A DNA stretch of 64,000 bases, from NCBI GenBank assembly GCA_965153285.1, contig OZ229115.1. One strand, given 5' to 3'. The position numbers and the translations under genes are program-made. Each line of letters opens with the position of its first letter. The stretch's first letter is position 1. This document shows, piece by piece, positions 50,601-62,600 of the stretch. Below the pieces are notes generated by a model, which saw only the letters and a list, made by a program, of their open reading frames with translations, was not told the DNA's origin and did not search any database. The stretch comes from Podarcis tiliguerta (Eukaryota).

Positions 50601-53600
50601 AAGTGTTTGCCCAGAAAATAAGACAGACACAGGAAAAGTGCATTAAAAGGGAAGGGGAAACAGCAGGTCTTTAGGACCCTGAGGGTCCTAATTATTACCT
50701 GGTGTTCAGACAACTCACCAGCCAGAGTTCTGACTTTGGCTAAAAGAGCTGGCAGGGGGGATCAGCCAGTCTTGCTCATTTTACAGAAATTGCTTAGAAT
50801 GGTGCCTGTATATTTTACTGCATAACTTGCTTTAGAGGAGAGCTTGAGACTTTGTTTTTTAAAACAATGAAAGCTCAGAGTCTTGCGACTGTGGGGCCCA
50901 GGCTGGCGACCTCAGATGTGGAGCATATAATCCATTGCAGTAATCTATTGCAACTAAAGCATATGCTTCCTTAGCTAGATAATATTTCCCCAGGAAGAGT
51001 CACAGCTGGTGCACCAGACTAAACTGAGCAGAGGCACATTTGGCCACTGCTGCCACCTGGCTCTTCAAATGTAAAGCTGCACCCAGGAGCAGTCCTAAAC
51101 TGCAAACCTGATTCTTCGAGGGGAGTCACCCCCATCCAAAACAGGCTGAATCCCTCTTCTGTCGCCTGATTTAGGAGCACAACTGTCCCGTCTTGATTGA
51201 GGCCTCCTTAGTCCAGCTCCAGAACTCTACATCAGTGACAGTTCATAGACTCATCATTATTTTGTGGGTTTTCTTTGGGCGTTTTTTGTATTCCAGCTGT
51301 TGAACTGCCCATGATAGATGCTGTGTAACTGCTTTTGGAAACCTCAAAGGAAGGCCACCTAGGTATGTGGTTTCAGGTAGTTTGATGGAAATGCCTTGGC
51401 TTGCCTCCTTTTCTTCATGAGAAGGAGGGACCACATAACATATATCTTGCTTATGGGAGTTCTCAGGTTCAGTCCCCTTGCAGTAAGAGAGGATGTTGGG
51501 TAAGGAGGACTGGCAAAGACCCCTCTGCCTGAAACAGTGAAGAACCACCACCACCTGGCATAGTCTGTTTGCACCAGATGGACCACTAGTCTAGCCCAAG
51601 ACTTTATCTGCTATGCACCTTTAAGAGCTGAATGACAGGCAGAAATTCAACACACTTCCATAACTCCCTAGCTCTGTGTTTGGGAAAGCTCAACATGCTG
51701 AAATTAAAAACATCATCTTGGCCAGATTTTGGGGAGGTGATAACTGAACCTAGCTAGGATAAACATGGTAACCTGCCAGAAGGCTGGGAGCTGGGCAGTC
51801 TAGCCTACCAGGATTTACCAACTCTGTGGCTCTTCTCATTTTTTGACATTGCCTTCCTCCTTGTTCCTTGTGCCTCTCAGAAGGGGAAGCCGAAGCTGAA
51901 TGGCTCCAAGACGCAGGGCTTTCGGATCTAATTGGGGACCATGCTGCAGAGAATGGCAACAGTGTCCTGCTTTCCACGTTGACCAAGACTCAGGCTGCAG
52001 CTGTGCAGCGACGGCTTGACACTTACACCCGCTCTCGGAGAAAGAAGAACAAGCAGCCTGTCCGTGATGTCCGAGACATCTTTGGAGTGGTTGGCTCTGC
52101 GGTGTGTTTACTTCACATGCTTTGCTCTGCGATCGGCCCCTGACCCCACTTTTCCAGCTCTTGTTCCTCCGTTAATAGAATGGAGTTGAAATACAATCAT
52201 GGAACTACTGTACAGTCACAGAGGTATCCTGATTCAACCTGATAAGGGCTGAACTCTGCTGCACAAATATTCATGATGTGGGCATACAGTTCTCTCTTAC
52301 TTTCCTTTTTGCTTTTCTATTATACTATCACACCTGAACTGAAAGTGTTTTTTAAAAAACAACAACAGACAAGTGTGCCCTTAACTTGCAGCCCCACCCA
52401 GTGGGTCATCAGCTGATGGAGCAACCCAGTTTTAAAACAACTGTAGAGCTTACAGTCCTAATATTAAGCAAATTTAACAGTGCCCTGGGGGAGAAATGTA
52501 CTTAAACTTACAGTAGATTTGTTTTGTGTGTGTGAAAAATTTGTTGAAAAAACAACTGGGTTCTAAACTGTAACCATGAGCAGCCAGTTACAGGACATCA
52601 AGACTTGTCTGAATTTCTCTCTTTTGGTTAAATACCAAGAATTGTCTCTTTTGCCCCTAGCAGCTTTGATTTAATTTTAGAACTTTTGCACCCCACCTTG
52701 AGTAATCTATTTTTGGTTGACAAAACAACCTGGTGGCTGAGTGCCACACACCCAGATTGTTCAGTGACTCTCTAAAAATTTGGAGCATTTCAGCATCACA
52801 TAGCGTGCCTTCTGTGTACTGACCCATAGCTACTGTGTTCCTGGGACGTCTGCAGGTCTTGTTGAAGGAAAAAGAGAACTTCTCTGACTCAGGTTGTCTC
52901 ACTTGATTTGCGTTAGCACTGATCCGCTTTTTGCGCTTTGATCTATGGCTGTATGACATCAGTGTTCAATTTGAAATAGAGCTTAGCAAAGAACCTTAAT
53001 TCCCAGGTGAAGCACTGAAGCAAATGCAGGAATCATGACACCACCCAGCTACGCAAAGAATGCCCTTTCCTTTTAAGCATAGAGATTAGAGCTCATAATT
53101 TCCAGGTGGGAAGACAAGGCTTTCAGGTGGGATGGGTTCCCTGGCCCCTCTCTTTGAAACTATACCTTGATGCTGCTGTACCATAAGATCTAGTGTACCT
53201 CCCTTAGAAAATATGAACCACCTTGTGGCAATCATAATAATGAATAGTTGGAAGCAGTTTTGAATTTGGGGAAAAGAACTGGCTGAAATTATTCCATGTT
53301 GACAGGAATCCTGCCTAAGCATGGAGGTTGGATCTAGCTGTTCATAACCATTAGGCATTGGAAAATATATCCCGTATGTGGATGTGCTTAAAAAAGGAGG
53401 TTCATTCTTCATGTGTTGCAGTTGCCTATTCATTTTGAGTTTTACTCAAAAAGCTGGTAGAAGTTCTGCATTAAAAAGCTGTACTTACGTGCATATACCT
53501 ACCAACGATAGCATATTCTTGATGGGACTATGCCACTGACCAGCAGTGAGAGTTTGGAGCGTATCAAGATTCTAACACTTATTCTGGACAACGAGTTCCT

Positions 53601-56600
53601 TTTTAATATTCCCAGCTTCCTGTTCTCCATGACCAGTGAGGCATCCTTTATTTTGGGAGGAAGGGCTGTAGCTGTGTTGGTAGAGGAAGTATTTTGAGTG
53701 CAGAAGCTCCCAGGTTCAATCTCTGGGGTCTCCAAATAGGACGAGCTACTGATTCAGTTTAGACAGCACTGATCTGGGTGGACTGGTTTTGTCAGACTTG
53801 TCATAAGGCAAACTTCCTACATTTCTGTTTTGCTGTATGTTCCCTGTGTCTAAGGTATAGTACGCCTGGTATTCTGTTCATAGATTTCATGGAATGTGGC
53901 TTCATTTATGTTCTTTGCCCTGCATGTAGGAGACTGAGCCAGAGACAAATTTGGAAATGGACAGATCACACCGCAAGCCTGCATCATCAAACAACATCCA
54001 GAAAAGTAAGACAGTAGCTGTATTGTCATATTGTCATGGGTAGAGAGAAGGGAATAGATCATTTTAAAGTCTTTAGTCTACGATTCCAACTCTTCCTTCC
54101 TTAAACATACAGTGAGTATGCAAAGGAACTTGTAATTATTTTTTTTAAACAAAAAACTACAGTCCTGTACATGCAAGGAATAATGTCCCATTGAGCTTAA
54201 TGGGGCTTAATTTTGGGTAGGCATATACAGGAACCAGCAGTAGGTAGGCTTAATGTTATACAGCATTTCCCAAGGCAAGTTTAGTTAATTATTGCTTTCC
54301 CATTGTCACAGAGGGCAACGATTCATTCATTCAACGTACTTAGGATAGGTGAAGCTCCATGTGAACCTTTGATATATTATAGAAATAGGAGTGTGGGATA
54401 TGGGATTTTAATGGAATTTAATGGAAATTTTGTGGGAATTGTGATGTCAGTTTGCAAGTAAAAGTGACCCAACGCAGGTTAAAAAGTGAAACTCATCAAG
54501 CTGCCTGGATTGATCAGACCAGACCTAAAACATGGGAATAGCCTTCATTGTAACATCATTTCTGAAGCAGCTAGATTTGCAAATCAGAAGACCTTATTGT
54601 AGCTTTGTCACTTACAGAAAATTGCCTATTTGGGTAAAAAGATTTGATTTTTACTAGCAATGGATTAGTTGTATTTCATGATATAAACTCAGCTGATTTT
54701 TAACTTTTCAGTTGCCTTGTGTGCTCAGCTTTATATCTTAGCATAAGCCTGCCTTCCGCAATATGACACATTCCAGATGTTTTTGAACTACAACTCCTGT
54801 CAGTCCCATCAAGCATGGCTGTGGTGATGGGGGTTGTAGTCCAAAACATCTGAAATTCTCCAGGTTTGAGTAGGCTGCTATAAGCTCCTCAAATGGGCCA
54901 GAATGTGGTCAGTGCTCAGTCTAAATGTGAAGGCGGCCATGCATTTCAGGTGTCTGTTGTAATTATGCATTTAAATTCAGGTCTATCTTGTGTTGCAAAT
55001 CTTGAATGCAACTTTGCATCCCCCCCCCCCCTTAGCAGATCCAACGGAAACCCAGGACTTCCCATCGCCACTGAGAGGCTCTGCAAGAGAGGAGCTATTC
55101 AGCACAGAAATTGCTTATTCTGAGCAGGCAGCCATCCTGCTCAAAGGATCTTTCCCAAGGGAATCCAGGAGGATAAAGGATGAGAGTTGTTTACCTGTAA
55201 GTGCAAGACTTTGCTATATCCTAGCAGATTCCTGTGGTTGTGATTTGACAATTATGATAATAATCACCAATAATAGCGACATAATAATTTGCATTGACTC
55301 TGATATGTCACTCCAATCTCCATCCCCCTGCCCTTCTTGCTTTAGAAATTTAAGATTCCCAAGGGGAGGCTGGGAGTGACCAGAATAGGAGACTTATCTC
55401 TGCAGGATATGAAAAAGATTCCCACGCTGGCACTCATTGAGCTAACTGCTCTCTGCGACGTCGTTGGCTTGGAGCTGAAGAGAAACAAAGCAGTAAAGCG
55501 GAAGGCTGCAGGTACCTGTTTTCCTACTGCTTCTTAGCATGAATTTGACATCTTGTGGTTCTTGTCACTGACTAAAATTAGGGAAGGAAAACTATTGGTA
55601 GTTCTCAGCTATCTGAGTAAAAGGGCTTATCTGCAAGCGGTCTCCTTTTGGGAGAGCTTGCAGATGTTTTATTCAGCAGATTTGGTGTATGTACGGCAAG
55701 GATGTGGGTCTTGCAGGGATTGTCAAACTCCTGTTCCCTTCATCCCTGACCATCGGCCATGCTAGCTGGGCAGGTGAAGTCCAATAATGCCTGGAGCATC
55801 ACCATGGATTCTCCATGCCTGATCTGAGACATGTGTGCCTTGAACTGGATCGACTAGTGTGGACTAGCATTGGCTATGCACAATGTACACTTTGGGCAGT
55901 TCTACACGGGTGCTTAGTATTTTGGGGTATTGCAGATGGGCCATTGGCAACAGCATTTTGTTTTCTTGTAAAAAACAAAAACCCCTACCAAAATCTTGCT
56001 GAATTTTCCTTGATAAGGGCAAACCTGATAGGGTTGGGGATATAGGCTAGTATTTTGATTATAACAGTATTGTGTGAATGTGGCAAGTATCGAGATAATT
56101 TGCCCTTCGTTATGTCACTTCCTGGATTTCTATGGATAGCTGTGTGTCCTTATTAATTGAGGAAACAGAAATATTTATTTATAGATGGAATATTTTTTAA
56201 ACGCTTATAACACAGTGTCTTCCATTGCAGAGCGCAAGCTTTTTGGGGTTTCACTTGGCACTTTGTTAGAAAATGACGAAAAGCTCTTCCCAAATACCAG
56301 GGTTCCATTGATTCTGCAAGCAGTAAGTTTATTTCACAACTTCATTTGTTTTTCTCCTGGTTTTTCCCCCCATTAAAAAATATCATTGTCTATTCTTTGC
56401 TTTGAGCTTCATTGCAAGCTCTTTGTTGCCTTTTGGCGATGACGTTTTGCTGTCTTCTTTTATAGTTGCTGTCGTGTTTAGAAAAGAAAGGTCTGGACAC
56501 GGAAGGAATCCTAAGAGTTTCAGGATCACAGAGCCGCATTAAGGTAGAATTCAATGGTCAAATTAATATCCTATGAAATGTCCTGCAGTTCCTTGGAAAC

Positions 56601-59600
56601 TTAGGTGTTCCTCATGAGAAGGTCACACTTCCCGCATAGATTTTGATCTACAGCAGGGGTCAGCAAACTTTTTCAGCAGGGGGCCGGTCCACTGTCCCTC
56701 AGACCTTGTGGGGGGCTGGACTATATTTTTTTGGGGGGGGGAATGAACAAACGAATTCCTATGCCCCACAAATAACCCAGAGATGCATTTTAAATAAAAG
56801 GATACATTCTACTTATGTAAAAACATGCTGATCCGTGAGCCGGATTTAGAAGGCGATTGGGCTGGATCCAGCCCCCGGGCCTTAGTTTACCTACCCATGA
56901 TCTACAGCTACAGTATCTACATTCCTCTGTGATATACAGACAAAGGAGAGTGCTGGGTATGATCCAGACTAAGGTGGATTAAAAAAAGGGAGACCATGGC
57001 CTACCTCTGGATTACTAATTTATTGTGGACAACCTAACACCTTCTGGTTGTTGAGATTCTTGTAAAAAAATTATCTTGGACTAGCAAGGTAATTGTGCCT
57101 GCAGTAAAAGGGCAGGGACCTACAGCTTAACCTGCTCATCCTCACAGCTGGAAGGCAACTCAACCACCATGTTTCTGGGTAATCATGGGTGAAAGGTTGA
57201 TGGTGGATAGAGGTCTGATGCAGTTAGGTCTTCATGCCCCAAAACAAGCATTGCGGTGGCTGCCCTTATTTTCATGTGCAAATGTGCATAATGGGAATCA
57301 CTTGACGCATATGAGTTCTGAGATCCTGAGGGTGCCCTTTATCCCTTTGTAATTGTAAAGTGGACTGGCAGACCCCAGAAGAAGTAGGTCACATAGGTCA
57401 ACCCACCGCTGCTTTCAAGCACACACTCAGTTCATGTGAGGTGAGTCAACGGAGAAAACCCCACAGTGCCTGAGCAAAGTGTGGTGTTGAAAGTCATGCT
57501 CTGGAACCTTCCGTAATATGCAGGAGTCTTAAGAGATTCATCATCTGACAGGTTGGTGTGGAAAGTGTTCCCTGGGGGTTAGATATTTGAAAACTACCCA
57601 CATGGTGTTGTGCATTAATGGATGCAAAAGGTTCAGTGTGTCTTCCTGTGCTTGCTTGTGGAAGTTTCACTGTGAATAACTTCTATAAAAATGCGATAGC
57701 CTGTATTTCCGGTCAGACCAGAAGGTCTGCAAACAGAAATAGTCCTCCTTTTGCTGAACTCCAAGCCATAGAGTAACCTTCCCACAAGCCTGCTGGAGTT
57801 TTGAACTACAGCTCCCATCAGCCCCCACCAGCATGGCCAATAGTGTGGGATGATGGGATATGAAGTTCATTACATTTGAAGGGCAGCAGTTTGGGGAAGG
57901 CTGGCATGAGAGAAATCATGGTCTGTCTTAATTACAGTGGTGGATTCTCCACCCCCAAAGGTGAAATAATTCATAGGTTTTACTTGCATGTTACATTGGA
58001 ATCCTAGGTGATTTTCCTTATGGAAACGTTTCCCCTGCTGGGACATCTCAGTCTTCCCAGTTCTTTCAAATGCAGTACTTTGTCACCAGGGAAAGAAATC
58101 CCACTTCTTCCCTTAGCCTGCACCCCAAACTCTGGTTTATTATTAATATTCATAGCTGCTTTTTATTGCTATTCTGTTGAAAGATTGCAGTCATTTCTCC
58201 CCACCCCTTCCCATGTTTACTTTTTCCAAATCTTTCTACCTTCAGTATGTGACTTTCCCCTCTTTTCCAGAGCCTGGAACAAAAGCTTGAAAGTGAGTTC
58301 TATACTGGTTTCTTCCAGTGGGATGAGGTTCATCAGAATGATGTCTCTGGCTTGCTGAAGAGGTTCATCCGGGAACTGCCCACCCCTCTGCTGACGGCAG
58401 AATACTTACCTGCCTTTGCAGCTGTGCAAAGTGAGTTAGGCCTTGGCCAAAGAGATCAGGCCCTGCCACCTTAAGCACTGATTTCTGTCTTCTTCCTTGT
58501 TGAGTGTATTAGGTGGCCGTTGTATAGCAGATACGTTGTTGGATGTCAGATAACCAAGGTCAATTTCTTGCTCAGCCATAAAGCTCTCACTCAAGAAACC
58601 TTGGGCAAAGTCATGCTCTGTAAAGCTAAGCCTAAATTTTCCAGAGCTTCTTGGGGGGAGAGTGTGATACAGGTGTCACTGATAGATGGCTGTGAGCCAG
58701 GGATGGGGAACCTAATGCCCTCAAGATGTTGCCAGATGGTCAACTCCCATCACCCCAAGGGTGACTGGTAGTTGTAGCCCAACAGCAACAGGTTGTCCTT
58801 CCACACAGTAAGGGGTGGGTATTTTCAGGTGGTTGAATAGGAACAACAGCAGGTATGCCATCCTCTTAAAGGTGTCCGTGTGTATTAAATGTTGGAGTAA
58901 TCTGACATTTCTAAGGCCATAAGAGTTGTCTTCATCTCATGCTAAGCCATGCACGCTACTTAAGAAACTGCCTAGGTATTACATGCTGGTTACTGCGTAC
59001 GAGAGGCAGTGAGCTAGTATGAAATATGTAAAACAGTCTTCTACTGGTATAGTCAAACCTCAGTTCCTGAACGCCTCTGTTTTGGAATGTTTCGGCTCCT
59101 GAACATCGAAAACCTGGAAGTAGGTATTCCATTTTTCAGAACCAGAACGTCCAACGCGGCTTCCGCTTGAGTGCAGGAAGCTCTTGCAACCAATCAGAAG
59201 CCGCTCCTCGGTTATCAAATGTTTCGGAAGTTCAACAGTCTTCCGGAATGGATTATGTTCGACAACCGTGGTTTGACTGTCTATAAAATGCAGTTTTAAA
59301 GAGGCAGAGCTTCTAGGTCAATGTTTTCTTCTTCCCATTAATTTTGGATGTTGATTGTTCCTTCCATTATAGATATCCCAGATCTGAAACAGAGGCTGCA
59401 GGCTCTCAATCTGCTTATACTGATTTTGCCAGAACCCAACCGAAACACCCTGAAGGTAATATCGCCACCTCCTGGGGATCGTAGTGCCCTGACTGTACAG
59501 TGCAAAATGATACACAATCTAATTCTTTTAGAAATGTGGTATTGCTGTACGGACAACATTCTTATATCACAATGTTGCAAATACGTTGTCTGCAAGCACT

Positions 59601-62600
59601 CTCATATTCATCATCTCAGAACCCAGAGACAATTTGACATCTCTCTCCGCTGCCTACAGCGGATGTTTGATAACGGAAAATAATTTTCCTCCCCTTTTCC
59701 AGGCTTTGCTGGAGTTTCTGAGGCTGGTGGTTACCAGGGAGCGGAAAAACAAGATGAATCTTTGGAACGTTTCCACAGTCATTGCTCCAAATCTCTTCAT
59801 GCACAAGGGGCTGCCGAACAAGATCCCAGAAGGGAAGGAGAAACAGCTGGCTGAGGGTGCGGCGGACGTGGTGCGGATGATGATCCATTATCAGGATTTA
59901 CTCTGGACTGTAAGTTGGGGCCACATTTTCCGAGTCCTCCTTCAATTGCCATTGATAAAACTCTATATTGATTTTTTAAATACAGTCATAGCTTGGGTTG
60001 AATGTGCTTCAGGTTGAGCGCTTTCGGGTTGCGCTCCGCGGCAACCCAGAAGTAACGGAGCGCGTTACTTCTGGGTTTCACCGCTTGCACAGTTGCTCAA
60101 AATGACGTCATGTGCAGAAGCGGCAAAATGCGACACGCGCAGATGTGCCATTGCGTCTTACGTTCCATTCAAGATGTGAACGGGGCTCCGGAACGGATCC
60201 CGTTTGCATCCCGAGGTACCTCTGTATCTTTTTGGTATTTAAAATGGCAGCCGCATAGAATGTAAGAGCCTCCTGGGTGAGGCCAATGGCCCATTTCATC
60301 CAGCTATCCTGATCTCACAGTAGCCAACCAGATGCCTATGGGAAGGCCAGAAGGAGGACCTGATTGTAACTAGAGCTGGGAAAATTGTCTGAAACAGTAT
60401 CAGATCGTGACACCGGTTTTTGAGCTGGCAGTACATCGCAGTGGCTGGAGAGCCATGAAGGATTCCCAGCTCAAATTGCCTGCAGACAAATTGACTTCCC
60501 TCCCCCTCCATTCTGCCTGCAGCTGATTTTTGACAACGGAAATAATTTTCTTCCCTCTTGGCCTCTGTCTTCCTGTCTGCCTGTGCCTTTGAGGAAGCCC
60601 CACATCCCACTCCCTGGCATGTGCAAGCTGGAGAGGTTGGGGACTTGGCTGGGTGATGTATCTCGGCTGCCTCCCCTAAGATGGGGAGAAAGAAGCAGCC
60701 GAGATACATTCCAGACATCGCGATATATCAGAATATCGTGGAATTTAGCTGCTGAGATATCACAGTGTTGAAAACAAGGTATCACCCAGCTCTAATTGTA
60801 ACAGCACTCTTTGTGATGCCAAGCAGCTGTTATTCACAGCTGTAGGTACAGAGTTTTGGAATAAAAGATCCTAAAAAGAAGGTCAGACCTGCTGCGCCAG
60901 AAAGGTTTCCCTCCCATCCACCCCTCTCTACATCCCTTCTGCTTCTCCTCTCTTCAGGAGATACTTTCAGAATGACAACAGCCTCACACCTCTTTCTTTT
61001 TTTGCATTCCCTTTTAGGTTGCATCTTTCTTGGTATCTCAAGTGAGAAAACTGAACGAGAGCAGCAGCAGGAGGTACCAGTTCTGTGACAGGAGGATCAA
61101 AAACCTGTTAAGGAAGATTAATCTGGACAAGGAGAAGACAGAGAAAAACCATGGCGAAGTGAGTAAAATCCCCATTGCCCACTGCAATGTTAATGCATTG
61201 TTGATGCGTTAAGAGCATCCTTCACCAGGCTGGTGTCCTCTACAATTCCATAAGAACTTAAGAAGAGCCTGCTGAATCTGGCCCATGAATTCCAGCATCC
61301 TGTTCTCTCGGTGGCCACTTTGATCCCTGTAGGGGCTCAAACAAGACCCAATCATAAGAGCATTCTCTACCCTGCAGTTTCCAGAAACTCCTATACAGAA
61401 ATATTGCTGCCCCCACAGCCATGCTGGCTAGAAATGATGGGAGCTGGGAGTTGTAATCCAAAATATCTGGAGGATTCCAGGTTGCTGAAGGCTGCATTAG
61501 AAGATGGAACTGTGGCCAGCCAGGCCCACTTGCCATTGTATTTTGGCAGATGCAAACTGTAGGATAAGTCTTCGCATGTTGACTCAGAGTTAGATTGGAT
61601 TTGCAAGCGTGAGTGATTTAGCAGAATAAGCTGGGAGAGATACAGATAGAACTTTCAAGGAATTAGTGGGCCACTACCATGTTTGGCCGTTGGCTGAGTC
61701 GATAGGCCCCAAGTAAGTGGTGGTTCTCAGAGAGGCAACAGCAGCCGTTGTAGGATAGGTTCAGCATGAGATCAGGGGATCCTGTGGTTTGATGCCTCTT
61801 AGATCTGTACTTAAAAAAAAAAAAAGAACTCTGCTGGTCTGAGGGCACTTCTAGGTTTTGTAGGTGGGAGCCAGCCAAGTTCTTACAGATTCAGGTTGTG
61901 CAATTAAAAAGGGACTGGCATTCTGGCATGGCATGCTACCTTAAGAAACCCAGAATTGCTTTAGACAACATTGTATAACCTCCCTGCAAACTAAATTGGA
62001 ATGAATGCTCAGTGAACAGCCAACATATATTTATAACCACCTTGCAAAAAAATCAGGATGAAGTCCAGTGAACAGGTTATCTGGGGGTGACCTGGGCCCA
62101 TCTGATATTTCTTGTTTGCTTTTTTAAATCAAATGATTCCCCAGAAATCTGTTTTGTGTGGACCTTTTGGTTCTCAGCGGCAACCAAACTCTGAGATGCC
62201 TGGCATGCAGGTGTTTGGTTTTTTTAATTGCTGTATATGAGATTTGCTCAATGGAGAGAGAGAAATTATTTGCATGGTCAACTGGCTGATGGTGAAATTT
62301 TCTGCTTGAAACAAACACTTTCCTTGTGTAAACACCAGGGGGCACTCATGCTTACTTTATTAACTCTAGTCAAATACTACTGCTTCTCACACTGTGTGAC
62401 GGAATCAAATTTAATCTTTGTTGCTTTGCATCCATCCTGCCCTTTGCCTGCTTTTGGAGATGTGCATACATAACCATTTTACTTGGAGGATAACAAGCAT
62501 TTTCAGAGTGTTTGATTAGGTCTTCATGTTTTGTGCACATGCTTTGGATTTCCTTACATCTAAGTTTCCTCCCGCCGCCCCCCTAATACTGCCTCCTTCA

